A DNA stretch of 62,108 nucleotides, the filler included, from Platydemus manokwari (lineage: Eukaryota): assembly GCA_037951405.1 (NCBI GenBank). It is 6 parts of 6 records of this genome, joined end to end, with 100 filler letters (N's around TTAATTAATTAA, not from the genome) between each part and the next. Parts side by side here need not be neighbours in the genome. Positions count along the whole stretch, not along the records: positions 22,802 to 32,543 come from JBBMOY011211320.1; positions 32,644 to 42,318 come from JBBMOY011219654.1; 4 more parts are not named here. One strand, written 5' to 3'. Position 1 is the first letter of the stretch; each line of letters starts with the position of its first letter. Below the pieces are notes generated by a model, which had not been told where the DNA came from, ran no database searches, and saw only the letters and a list, made by a program, of their open reading frames with translations. This document shows positions 24,017 to 37,319 of this stretch, piece after piece. The position numbers and the translations under genes are program-made.

Positions 24017-24624
24017 TCATCTTGAGAAAGGAGAGTGTTTTGATTTGGTGAAAGAGGATTTCTCAAAACTATCCAATTTATTGTTAATGGTGGTAGCAAA
24101 AACACCATAAGAGATATCCATTAGCCCAATAGGACGCCGTGATGTTATCAAGTGAGGTAGACATTTTGCCTGACTTGAGCAAGAGTATAGTTTTACAAGA
24201 AATCCATTGCTTTCCTTGAACGGCATCCGTGTAAAACAGTATTGACTCTCTTTCGACGAAAATACCGTTTTTTCTTTTGATTCTTTGCATATCTAATTGT
24301 CTTTTTATATTAGGTACGGGAAACTCTTGTTTCTCCATGATTAAGTTTAGTTATAGAAGATCATGCTGTCGCCTATTTGAATTTTTCTATTCAAATTTTC
24401 TTTTTGCTTTTTATCAATGATTTACTTTGAAAGCTTTTGTGCATACTTAACTATGTCGTTGAATTGTTTAGATCAATTCAAAATTTGGTCTCTGCCAGAC
24501 TAACATTATTGGATTGTGTACCTTGGGATTCAAATCGAATTAAATATCTAGAAGTTTTACAACACCATTTGCATGTATCCCTCTCTTTAAACTTGTACAG
24601 AAACATATTTTTCTTATTTGCCAT
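24017..24624 (-). pseudogene. Degraded coding relic, possibly a DNA transposase
   Basis: Overlapping broken ORFs starting MANKKN...CKWCCK and later ILFYTD / PFKES. Only weak resemblance to CACTA-type TDG...FKSS motifs. Confidence 0.25.
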
Positions 24625-27600
24625 TTAATTTAATGAATTTATATTTAACCGTTTCACGATTTTAAAAACAGTCTCTTTGGAATCCATAGCATTTTCATGA
24701 TTACATTGGTAATTTATCACCTATCATTCTCCTTTCCTGTATCATATAAAAGTTTTATCATTTCTATTTTTTAATCGATCATATCGAAGATCTCATCATC
24801 TAGAGTATCGTTAACCTAAAATAATTGAATGGTATTTTAATATTTAAATATCTTCTGATTAGATAAATAAAAATTATAGAAATTTATCGATATGTTTACG
24901 CTATCTTTATTGATTTATTTATTAAATCTACTTTATAAATAGTATCGAATTCATAACTATATTATATTTCAAATAGGGATTATTTATTTTTTTGTAATGA
25001 TAAACAAATGGTGAGACTAATTTTGTTTTTTCCAATAAGTAATTCTGTTATAATTTTGATTTAATATTTATCCACAATATTTAGCTTTTATAAATAATTT
25101 GTTATTATTTAAAACTCATTTCATTCGCCATGAAATCAATAGAATAATCAATAAAGAATTGTTAAATTAGTTTTGTTCTCCTTGTGTACATTTAAACGAT
25201 GGATTCGTGTACAATTCATAGTAGAAGATCAGTGACAATTAAGCTTCTTTGTGATAATCGGATATGTCGACATGTAAGAGTTAATTTTAAATGAAATTCG
25301 ATTTGATCTTATTATTGTTTACAAAGGTATTCTAGTGGGCGTTCAGTATAATTCGAACAAAACATTTCATGAATAACAATTCCGTGTATTTTTATTTTCT
25401 TATCATTACAGTGAATCATTATGGAGCAGACCTATTAAATTATTTGGAGTTCAAGCTTATCGTCATTTAAAAATTCACAGGTTTGCTTTTCCCCTTGGGA
25501 CGAATACTTTGTTTAACAAGAGAAAAATTATTTTTAATAGAATTTGTATCCATTTTCTTGCCAAAGTATTCATATGCCTTAGAATTAGATAAATAGAAAA
25601 TATATTCCGTGTTTGAAATCTGTATAAATTGCAATAATCATTTGAAACTTCTTATAAATTAAGCCGAGTAGAAATAGTTCATTCACAGTAATAATTTGTA
25701 TAGATTATAACATAACACCATAGCTAATAAATGGCACATTTCCATTCTGTAATAAATATTTTCTTTATAATTTCAAAATAATTTTAATTTTATGGATTAA
25801 ATTATTTATAAAGACTGTAAGTAAGACTTGCCAGTAAGATTGGCCAGCCATAACAACAGGCATATAACAGAGCTACTCGCCAATGTTGCAAAGCCAATGA
25901 GAAGCCTTCAAATGACGAATGTCAGACATATCAATCTTAATAATTCAATTTAAAAAACGACCTGAGTTCTTTTGCGATAAATTTAAATGTCAGATTATAC
26001 AATCTTTATCAAATAATTATTCAAGTAATTATTCAAGATATTTTATTGTTTGAATATCTATTACCTGCAGAATTGATTATTTCAAAGAATAATCATTAAG
26101 TATTGAAACTCACCATAAGATATAGTAACACTATTAACAGCTAATTACACTTATAATCTATTAAAATGATAAAACATAATTAAAAATAAGAATATTAATC
26201 ACTAATGCGGTCTTGTCATTTATATATAGTCACTCAAATATTAATATTAGCTAAGATAAAGTGCTAAGAAAAGCAAAAATCGTAAAATGTATAGATATTT
26301 CCTTCATTCACAATCATGAATGTGTATATGATTATCTGTGGAAAATAATATTTATTCTAAAACAATTTTGTATTCATGTGATAAACATTCCCCATTATTT
26401 TGTATTTATTTTCAAGAATTGATCTGAAACATTCTTTGAAATATATTTTTCATTTCTAACTGAATTTGGAAATACATTTCAAATTCACTCGAAATATTTT
26501 GATAGATCAACCAGAAGATTGCACATTTCCGAAATGTATTGCGCATAAATCATATTGCTTTTATCTTTGATAATTTTTATAATTGATTACTTAATCACAG
26601 TGATTATTCATCGAAACCAGAACTTCAGAAATACAACAACGAATATTTCTTCAATATCCGGAATCACTAACTATTTATTCTTTAAGAAAAGTTGTCAGTA
26701 CATGTAAGTTTCATTCCAGTATATCTAAATATACCAGTATTCAAAACCTATGACACCTGACAATAACATAAATTAATGACGAGTGCTTTGTTTTCTGTAT
26801 TTAATAAATATCAAAGCTCTCTTCAAAATAATAAAATTAAATCTAAGTATTTTTTAAAATAAACTAATCAATTTTAGAGAACAAAATGCAAATTCCTAAA
26901 ATTTCAAGGAGTGATGTTCATGAATATGACCGGCTACAGATATCATATACATGCCTGCTTGAAAGTATTCTATGTTTATATTGTTGAATGCTCCTATTAT
27001 AGAGTATTTATTATAAATGGATGAATCAGCGCTGAGACAACGTATAGACAATAAATGTAATTATTACGTTATTGTAACGAACATTATTAGAAATTAGAAT
27101 GAATAAAACCTATTTTTCTGAAACAGAACATAATCCATTTAGAAAAAACTAAATAAATCGTAACCTTCATTATACATGCATTTTAATGAGTTGACTAAAA
27201 TATACGGCCTCTATTTTGTAATAAAATCTCATGTATTAATTTTTATTCAACTTTAGAATCTAATAAAAATCCTTGCATTTCTCTAGTAAAAAGTTACAAA
27301 ATAGAATCAATGCTCGCATAAACTTCATAAGTCTTTTAAATTTATCTATATTTCAACGTTTCAATTTCTATTTATTTCTAGTATTTATAGAACACCACCT
27401 AATTTTTCTGTTAGGAGATAGACATTTGGTGAGAATACCAAATATCTGCTTTTAGCCTAATTAACATAAACTAAAAGCTTATATCATTAAGTGCTACTCT
27501 TTTATTTGAACCAGTTAATTAACCTTTAAATTTAAATTTCCATCATAAGTTTTTGTCACTTGCCAAAATTTTTTCATAGTTGAATATTTAAATCAGAAAT

Positions 27601-27879
27601 CATTTTTTGAAGAACAACAATATATTTACTATGACATTAATTTTCAAACAAATTTTAAATTTGGAAACCCAATTTTAAAATTTCCAAATTATAATTGGTC
27701 AAATCATATTTGTCGATATTTTGATCAAAATATAAAAATTCTCACATTTTTATATTATACCTTGTTTTCAAAATTTTCAATTTTATACTAATAATTTTTA
27801 TGCTGAAAGTTTGAAAGCATTATTTAACGGGAGCCTTGGCTTTCATAAATATTAATAAGGCCTGGCTTAAGTAAAAAAA

Positions 27880-28365
27880 AAGTCCTAAAATAATTTTTTT
27901 AATTATTGAGTATATTGCAAAATTCTATATAGTTTATTTAATTATATTCTTGAAAAACATTTTGAATTTTTTATTTAAGTACTTTAGAAGAATTTTCATT
28001 GTTCGAAATCAAATATTAAATATACTAGATCTTAAACATTTCCTAAAATTTGATTATTTGATAAAATGAAATATGTAAATCAAATTGCAATTTATTGAAA
28101 ATTAGCGAAGACCCCTTTTAACATTAGAAGCAAATTGAGAAATACTTTAAGTTTTTACAATTATTTTATAAAAATAAGTGATATTAGATTGTTAAAGATG
28201 TCAGGAGATTATTAAGTCGATTTATTATTAAAAAATTTTAATTTAAAAACTCAAATAATAATTTAAAAGTGTTACGATTAGAATGGGAACTTGATTTTAA
28301 AACTATGTTTTGCCACTATTAAACATCCCCAAAATTGAGATATTAGCTGAATTCTTAATTTAAGC
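27880..28365 (+). repeat. Dispersed AT-rich repeat, homologous to 54740-55130 (opposite strand)
   Basis: Collinear shared blocks: CTATATAGTTTATTTAATTA, TTTTTATTTAAGTACTT, AAAATTTGATTA, AAGCAAATTGAGAAATACT, GGAACTTG.TTT.AA, TGAGATATTA.CTGAATT. Confidence 0.7.
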
Positions 28366-30111
28366 CTTTTATTCTTCGAACTTCATTTTTCATATTCTTT
28401 TAACCAAATATTAAAACAATAATATGATTTAAGTTATATTATTTGAATTACTAAATTTATTTAACGAGATTTTTAAACTGTATTGAAAAAAGTTTCTAAT
28501 TATAAAAAAATTCAAAACAAATTAATTAAATTAAATTAACCAAATAACCGAGAAACATTTTCTTAAAACAAACGAAAGCTATTTTGATCAATTTACTCTA
28601 TTTAATTAAAGCATGATTCAATGCATAAATAATTATTACATCCAGTAAGAATTTACATTGCATTTTTACGGAATTAATTGTTTTAGTTTTTATTAGACGG
28701 TAAATTGTATTCAGACGACAAATTATGCAAAGAAATTCTAATCATATTTCTAGTAACATTCTCGTACATCACCGTCAAATGTAATAATTGTTTATTCAAA
28801 AATACAACATAAAATCACAGAATTGTTGTTTTAATCTTATAATTTTTTTCTATGATTTCATTATTTACGAACCATTTATTAAACAGGAGAAATTGCTGTC
28901 ACAAAATGCAATCGATTTCTTGAAAATTTCTGATTTTCTACATTAATCCGGTGGAATTCAATTCTGACTACGAGAAATTGTGATTGAAGTGGTTATTATT
29001 AAATAAATTACTCCAAATTTATTTTCATTTTTTTTTCAAATTATATTTTCCAGTAATGTTCCTTTTCAGATTTCTCTGTGTCGTGTTTATCTGTAGAGAC
29101 GAATTTCGTCAACTAATTGCACTCGTGCTGGTTTTTATATTGTAATGATAATAATTATGGACAAAAAAGACAAAATCGATTAATTTCATTCTGGTTTCAT
29201 TAGCTATTTATGATTATTGATTTTTAAATAAATGTCGAAATTCAAATCCATTCAATTTCGATATATTTTGCTATTAAGCCTCCTGATTGAGATTGTACCA
29301 CAGCCATTTTGTGAAGAATATGATATATTTACAATATTGAAATACGATTTGTTTCCCATTTCCTCTTATTAATGATATCACATTTCGTATTTAAAATAAT
29401 CATGTTTGATAAAAACAAAATATAATTTATAAATAATAATTTATAGAAAATTTGGATAATAATTAAAAAAATCGCTTTTACATTTTATAGAAGCTAATAA
29501 TAAAGCTATGTCTGGTATCAGTCCTTTGACGTTATTAATGTCGAAAATGAAGAATCTCACAAAATCATAACCCCGGTGGAATTGAAACCACGGCAACAGA
29601 CACTAAGGATTCTAGTTTAAAATAAATCGATAATTGCAATCTTGAATTTGAAAATATCGAATAAAAGTTGGAAAACTGGCTAAGTCTTGATTATAAATGC
29701 TATTATTACGTAAAAGAAAGCAGAGGAAAGATGTTATTCATGGGTATTTATATTGTAAAGATGCTAAATATAATTATAGTCAATAAATAGTTGTTATCAA
29801 ACCCGTGTTCGATATTCAACAAACATGATTTTAACAAATAAAAAGTCTATAAGTCCATATTTCACATATTGAGTGAGATGAAATTCTGCAAAAGGATAGT
29901 TGGATTTGCACCTTGGAACCCTTGTTTTAGCACTTTAAGCATTTGCATGTCTATACAACCATACTGGCATGACAATCAACCAATCACAAAACGATAATTT
30001 GGAAAGCGGACATAGCTACACAACAACATACACATAAGGACTGATCAATATGTCACACACAAAAACCAACTAGTCCAATAGAAACATGAGAAAGCAATGA
30101 TCAAATCAACG

Positions 30112-30380
30112 TGTGATGCAAACATAACCCCAAAACTTACTTAAATGCCGATGTTAAGATAGGCAACTGCCAGTTAGAAATAAAGTTTTGGTTGCGTTTT
30201 TTGAAACATTGTGATGAATTTAAGAGTCGTACTGAGTGGTATGTGTCAAAAGCCAAGTATTGATTGTATTTTTTTGTTACTTTGAGTCGTACTGATTAGT
30301 ACGTGAATTAGAAAGAAAGTTTACAAGTTTCGATTTTTGGATTCATGAATTATTTTTTAATTCAGAATTAAAGCATCACA
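30112..30380 (+). mobile_element. Probable short or deleted solo LTR (family B)
   Basis: Perfect 8-bp inverted termini TGTGATGC...GCATCACA, internal AATAAA and duplicated GAGTCGTACTGA. TSD not convincing. Confidence 0.45.
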
Positions 30381-32543
30381 TACATTTTATGTTTATCCTA
30401 TAATTTAGAAACCGATGAAAACTAAAATTTTTGTCTCTTGTATAAAATGAAAAGATCATTCCATTTAGAATGCTGATTTGTTAATTTTCAAAATAGAATG
30501 TTATTACAACGATGTATCTAAACTTTAATAATATTTTGCCAAGAAATTCAACGAATCCCACATTGACCATGTTCATTGCACACATATGTATCATAATGTT
30601 GTACATTAACTTTATTAAATTTATTGTTTAGATTGTATTGGATTGAAGTCCAATATATCGGCATGTAGTTATTTGCTAACACATAAAATATCGTCCATAA
30701 ATTTGAACTGAAATATAATTTATTTTCAAATTGTCTGAAATCTGAAAATGTTTTTTTTAATTTGACTTTCAAAATTTTTCAAATTAAATAAAAACACTTT
30801 TGATAATCGCTTTTATTTCGACAAATTGATTTCAGTGTTGGAAAATGACTTTCATTATTTTCGTTTAAGTTCAAAGTCTTTGTTTAAAATTTCAAATGAA
30901 GGACTAATTATCTATTTCTGTCAATCGGAAATTCTGGGTTGTTGTGAATTTAATTACACTTCAAATATCAGATATTTGGTGAACATTGTGTCATACTTTC
31001 AGCTTATTTAGTACTCTAACAAGTTCATACTGAACTTTTATTAATAATTTTTACAAGTGGAATTCTCAAACGGCTGATGTGATTTCAAACACTTAAATTT
31101 TGGACCTTACCAGTTTCGTTTGGCCACACAGGTTAACATTTGAAAATAATTTTTTAAACTTTAGATTTGAAGTGTTTTTTAAGTTATTTATTAATTCCAT
31201 TTCATTATTAGCAACTGAAACATTAAATAAACCTTTCCTAAATTAGTTGACTGTCTGGCGAGATTTTTGTAAAAGTGTCTTCGTTGTTATGAGTACGGTG
31301 AACGATATTTTAGTATTTTGAAGAATCTTTCACTTATTGAACTTTTAAAATAACAAATCAAGGGTTATAAAAAGACTCATTGATTCAGACTGTATTACTT
31401 AGCATTGATATCAGCCAACAAAAAAACGAAAAATTTCCATATAGGTCATATTTTCTACGAAATTGTCATTCAATATTCTGATTTCAAAGAAGATTCCAAT
31501 TGGAATTACGGATTTATGAAGACAAAGATTGGCCCTATATATGTTATTTGGGTGATAATCTTCCATACTCAACAGCACCCACAATCTCTAATAGGTATTG
31601 TTAGGCCTCAAAGAGTTTAATTTGGTTTCGTAACTTCAGAAGGTTTTATAGATTAGTAATGCCTAACTCCAGAAGGCAGTGTAATAAAAAGATGTAAGAG
31701 ATTTGAATTATAAATAAAATAAATGATGTTATAATGTATATTTCTTCAAAAATAAAATAATTAATGATAAACACAACATAAAATTTAAAAACAATGATAA
31801 ATAATGAGTAATGGATATTGTTTAATAAATATTATCGAACAAAAACCAGGATCTTTTTTATTAGTTGATAATTATTTAATTATTCGCTATTGTTCGTTTA
31901 AGAATTTATACGATCCTTGTGCGAAGAGCGGAAGGTCCTTTGATTTATTATAGATAATTAGGAACTAATAATTTGGCAACCATAAGGATAATTCAAGATT
32001 ACTTCGGTTAAGGTTAAAAAATTAATTAAAGGGTGATTAGACTAGGCTCAAGACGCAAGTATTAACAATGGTGATTTTCATTATCATCTTTAAAGTTCAC
32101 AAAATACAAAAAACTTTACTTGTTTGCTTCTTGTTTTGTTTCGTTTCACTAAATGTCAGACATTTGTATAATTCAATACAAGTCCTGAGTTGTAGAGTAT
32201 AAATTGTATCACGGTTATTAGTTTTGTTTCGTTTAGATAGTTTACAATTTCAATGTGTGAATTTAATAACGGCTGATATAATCCACTAATTCCGAATTGT
32301 GTTAATCGAATTGTATCGTGCTTAAACATTAATTGAATCAGTAACATGTTGATTTTCACAATCAACTTAGTATAAACTTTATGGGTGCTTTTCCGACATA
32401 TTGGATTTTTTATATGCTTATTTCTTTGTGTTTTTTCAGGCTATCATCTTTTTCTTTTATTTTTGTATTTTCTGTAATTGTCGTAATGTTGTTATCAATT
32501 TTGAGTGGAACAGAATTTGAAGTTGTTTCAGATAAGCTTCGAT

Positions 32544-32643
32544 NNNNNNNNNNNNNNNNNNNNNNNNNNNNNNNNNNNNNNNNNNNNTTAATTAATTAAN
32601 NNNNNNNNNNNNNNNNNNNNNNNNNNNNNNNNNNNNNNNNNNN
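32544..32643. other. Artificial contig spacer N44-TTAATTAATTAA-N44
   Basis: Identical to the other spacers. Confidence 0.97.
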
Positions 32644-33200
32644 ACCTATACTGATGATATCATTGTCATTGGCAGCTCTGATGAAAACCTCAACCTTTGT
32701 ATAAATCACCTTATTATTCTTGCTTATTATTTTAACCTAATTTTATTTTTAAACATTGCCTAACAATGCACTTGAACCTGAAAAATCTTACTTCTCATTT
32801 GAAAACCTCAATTAGCTCTATAATGTCCCTCACACCAACATCCAAATGTTCGTCTTTGATGAGTGCTGAAAACTTCTAAGACAAGGAAGTATTGTCTATA
32901 GCCTATCCCTATCTACACTGAGTCAAAAGAAGAGGGGAAAATTCCAATAACCTGCTAAAGTTTGGATTTTTAATCACTAAGCCAGACGTAATCTTCTTCT
33001 AGTTACGTACTCTACATGATTTGCAAAGATAATATAATTTAAACTCTCCAGACAATGTCATGTAGAAGTTGAGACTGTTGCCCATTTCTTCATGCACTGT
33101 ACCACTATTGTTAGTTAAACTTCAAAACAGTAATTTTTAAGACCACTTCACTATGCTACACCATCAATTTATTTTCATATTTTATTATTATTATTATTTT
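32644..33200 (+). mobile_element. Heavily deleted non-LTR retrotransposon (LINE) relic
   Basis: TYTDDIIVIGSSDENL (RT YxDD) at 32644 and knuckle relic SRQCHVEVETVAHFFMHC at ~33047-33100, followed by a short (TTA)n tail. Confidence 0.7.
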
Positions 33201-35713
33201 CTATAATATTCACTCGCCTTATTCGTTCAATCATATTAAAGAAATACTTATTAAATATAACAATAAACTAAATGTACAACGCCACTACTATATTACTAAT
33301 ATTACTACTATAATCACAAAAATTTTACAAAAAATTTTATAAATTTATAATAAAAAATCATTAAGAGAAAATTATGATATAAATTTATCAAAAATATCCA
33401 ATATTATTTATAAAAATAATTTTTTAAAGAAAAATTCAAATTCCTTTCTAAGAATTTTCCATAAATTTTCACTAAGAAAATTTTTAATTTTCATTAATCT
33501 AACTAGAAAAACAATAAGAAATATCTTTCAAATTTAAACAAAAAATATACCATTCTAAGGGCACTTTTCTACTTCTTGATAACTTTTCAATAAAAATATG
33601 GGTAGTCGATTTAGATTTCGAAATAAATGTACGCAGAAACAGCAGAATTATTTGAAATTTTTCTTACTAAATTTTAGCTTTTGAATTTTTAGATTAAAAT
33701 GTTAGTTATTAATCAAAACAAAAGCTCATTAAGTAAGTTTCATTACCTCAAAACAGAAATTCGTATAATGAAGCTCATTAACAGCAATATTATAAAATTC
33801 ATGTCATAAAATGATGACAGAGCAATGAAACTCTAGAATCAAATGACAACAAAATTTGTAAAGTTTATTAATAATTAATAAAAAAATAATAATTAATGTA
33901 TGGACATGTTATAAATGAAAATTCTTGTTCACAAAATTTATCAGTTTATGAACAGAATCAAGGAAAAACACATGTAACCGAGGGCACACATAATTAACAT
34001 AAACGTTAAGGCATAAAAATTGTAAGGGTTCTTAGGGTATTAATGGATTATAACTATAATAACAAATTTCTAAAAAAAATCAGATTAAATCATATTTTTC
34101 ATACCGTCAAAATCCAAAGGGAATATTTAATTACTTTCTAAAATAACTCCTCCTAGACCTCCTTTTTCGTCCAGAGTTTTGTGGCAATCACTGGTTGTTT
34201 GACATCATCAGGTATCACACGGATACACAAAAAAATGCTTACTCAGATTTTATTGTACTCTATTTGATCATATTGAATACTTATTCAATAAACCTTCACG
34301 CCTTTGAGTTGTAATCATTAATTTGATTATACACGCAACCTGCACTACGACACTGTTACGAGTCGGATGTTGGTGAAATAAATTAACATCTTAATCTTAC
34401 CAGAAATACACTGTTTAAAATATACCTGTGAATTTAATTCAATCATTTTAGTTATTATTTATTTTATTTATTAATTAAATTAAAAATTTTATTACTTATT
34501 TATTAAATTATTATCTATTCCAATAATTTATAAAAAGTTTATGCAATTATCTTCCAAACTTCAACATTAAATAATGTCTATATCAATCCTAAATTATGGT
34601 AAATTCGATAGACGGAAATTCGACAATATGAACTATTTAAATTTTTTGATAAAAATTTGCTAGGCACTATTTATTAATAAAATATAAGTAATAATTGCAC
34701 AGTTTATAACAACTGATGTACAGGTGGAAGTATAACTATCCGAGCTCGGATTACTCTCAAACCTCAAGGTAAGAGGTTTTAGAATTGCAATAAAATTATT
34801 TATGACTTTTGTCAGGGAGTTAGATCTGATCTTTATGGTTGGTCTAAAGATCAGGGTTGGAAATGAAAGAGTTAGCCTCCCGTGAGGACCGGATAGAGAT
34901 CGAATTTCGGTCACACTGGAAGATAGAACCAATAACAGACAGGTTATCAGCAAGCTATCAGTAGGCACTTCAATTAATAAGAATAAAATTTTAAATTCTT
35001 AAAAAGGCATCGGAAAAAGTAAATTTTCGGAAAATGGGAAAAGTCGATGGAAAACCGTCAATTTTTTTCTTCCGAAATCTAAATAATCACTAAAATCTTT
35101 ATTAGGCATGCTAGTAGTAGCTACTTAATATTTATTTAATGCCAACAAATAGTACAATTTTTAAACAAATTAAAATTCCTTTTCTAAAGATATTTCATTC
35201 TCCATCGTAATCAGGTATATTTAAGCCATTTAATTACTCTATTCTAAACAATCAAATATAAATTTCAAAGTATTAAATTTTGAAATATTAAATTCTAAAA
35301 TTTATTAAATTATTTTAAATCGTAATTAAAAAATTTTTATTAAAATTTTTATTTAAAATTATTATTATTATTTAAAATTATAATTACTTAATTTGAATTT
35401 TCCTCTCAAGGCATATATGATAATAGCTAGGGAAGTCAATACTCAATTTGTGTATTCGTATGTACTCCAAATCAGAAGGTCAACTTTGGGAAAAATCACA
35501 AAAATTCAAAATTCAGGAAGATTCTCAACTCTTAAACTTCAGAGAAGACCAATTTCCACACAATCAAACGAAAACTTGAAAAATTTCTTTCCTAAAATTC
35601 CCGGGAATCTTTTCCGAAAACAAGAAAATTGTATTCCGCCTATAGGCTGCTTCTAAATTGCGAATTAGAGTTGAATCATGAATCTCAAGTTCTCGAAAGA
35701 AGTATAATAATTT

Positions 35714-36273
35714 TGTTGCGTTATCAAACAACAACTTGAATTTACAAAGTTATATTAACCAAAATAATACACTTGAAATCACAATAATAACAATAACAAT
35801 TCTTTACGCAATTCACAAAGAAAATCACTCAAGATGGGATCAGCGCCCGAAAGTCAAATACAGAATAAAGAGTAATCAAAAAGACTGATCACTGAAATCG
35901 CACATAATCTAAGCATAAAAATTACCAATCAAAAACGCTAGCAAGAATAAATGCAATTCAGCTTCTTTTATAGACACATCGAGTGTGTCTTCTTGATGTC
36001 ATGGACATTCATTTTCAATTCGCTAAATTTGTTTATGGATTGATTTACTTGAAATTTTCCTTATACCTCTTGTGTCATTGGTGGATATTTGAGCTTGCTG
36101 CCTTTTGTAGGCATAAGCCTGTAAATTCTTAGCTTCTAAATATGGATTTACATTTAGAACGAATCTGATTGGTTAACGGCACGTGTGTTTATCTGGTTTG
36201 TGTGTATTGACCTTTTTTTAAGGTTTTCCTTGGTTTTTGGGACCCTTTTGACTGATTTGTGATTTACCCAACA
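35714..36273 (-). mobile_element. Solo LTR, family A copy 2 (560 bp)
   Basis: TGTTGCGT...ACCCAACA termini, TSD ATTT/GTTT (3/4), homologous to copies 1 and 3. Confidence 0.85.
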
Positions 36274-36339
36274 GTTTTATTATGTTGGACCTTAATTTAG
36301 TTGTCATAGTCGCTACCGTTATCACTGTGATGATCTCTC

Positions 36340-36840
36340 ATGACCTCTTCTCTTATTCTTGCCTGATATTTTTCCATAGTTCTCGTTTGATTTATTTTTC
36401 CCATTTCCTCGAGTTGTTCATATAATTCCAGCTTTCTTTTCATAAGATCACTTTGTTGTCGGGCCTCTCCTAAGCTTGCGTTGGTAATCTTTTCAGACCA
36501 TCTTAATGCTGGAATTAAATTAGGTTTAGTCCTTATATTTGACCAAGACGTACATCCTTAGAGGGCTTAGAAACATTCAGTAGAAATCCAAAGATAATCT
36601 GAAGTTAATCAAGTTAACGGTAGAAGTCACAGCATTATGACAACTTGCATGAATAAATGAGAGAAACAAATCTTTATTCATGTATTTAGATTGTAATAAT
36701 CGCTCTTTGAATTTGTCCCAAAATTGCTCTGTCTTTGATTTTTGCCCTATTTTCCATGTCATGGAGCTACCATCGTGCGTAACTCCATTAAATTCGTTGT
36801 TCTTAAATTTCATTTTCTTCAGTCTATCTTTTGATGCCAT
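36340..36840 (-). pseudogene. Broken reading frame of an unknown gene divergent from TRAF ('gene X')
   Basis: ORF MASKDRL...LDFY*, then in another frame WSNIRTKPNLIPALRWSEK...LMKRKLELYEQLEEMGKINQTRTMEKYQARIREE. A homologous copy at 40290-40600 preserves the latter frame. Confidence 0.4.
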
Positions 36841-37319
36841 TAAAGAAGGTTTTCTTAGCTGTTCGACTGAAATTTACTAGTCAATTCATGCTTCTGATAC
36901 TGAGAAATCACATTCCATGCTGAGATACCATTTAGTATTTGATAGTTATATGGTTGTTGTAAGGTTATTACTTATAACCATAAGTTTTGTTAAGTTGGTG
37001 TATTAAGTTTCCGTTGTCATTCAAAGCTTATTATTTAAAAATATTAATACATTTTGAAAATTATAAATAAAAAAATGTAAAAAAATTAATCAGAAATTAA
37101 ATTAGATTTAGATAAGTTAAAAAATGATGTGTATTTCTATTAATTATAAAGTTACCAATTAAAACACTTGCAAATAAAATGGAAAGTCAAATAATTTTAA
37201 TATTTATGATAATTTATTTTAAAAATATTAAAGCAAGTTTCACCGAAAATAAGGTATTTATTTGAATTTGTGTGTTTATACAGATCAAATATTTTCATTT
37301 TTTTTAGTCAATATTCAAA

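Noticed and set aside
25199-25345. Possible small exon MDSCTIHSRR...ICRH|GTAAGA
   Set aside because: The nearest acceptor gives an immediate stop, and the alternative gives no recognisable product.
29570-29615. tRNA-like T-arm on the minus strand (CCGTGGTTTCAATTCCACCGGGG)
   Set aside because: No D-arm or complete acceptor stem; at most a decayed SINE or tRNA fragment.
32150-32540. Penelope-like relic (KIQYVGK...) on the minus strand
   Set aside because: One weak motif only; no GIY-YIG, RT or hammerhead core found.
33280-35130. ACTACT/AGTAGT motifs and broken ORFs as Polinton termini or genes
   Set aside because: The motifs are too short, no long TIR is visible, and no Polinton protein motif is recognisable.
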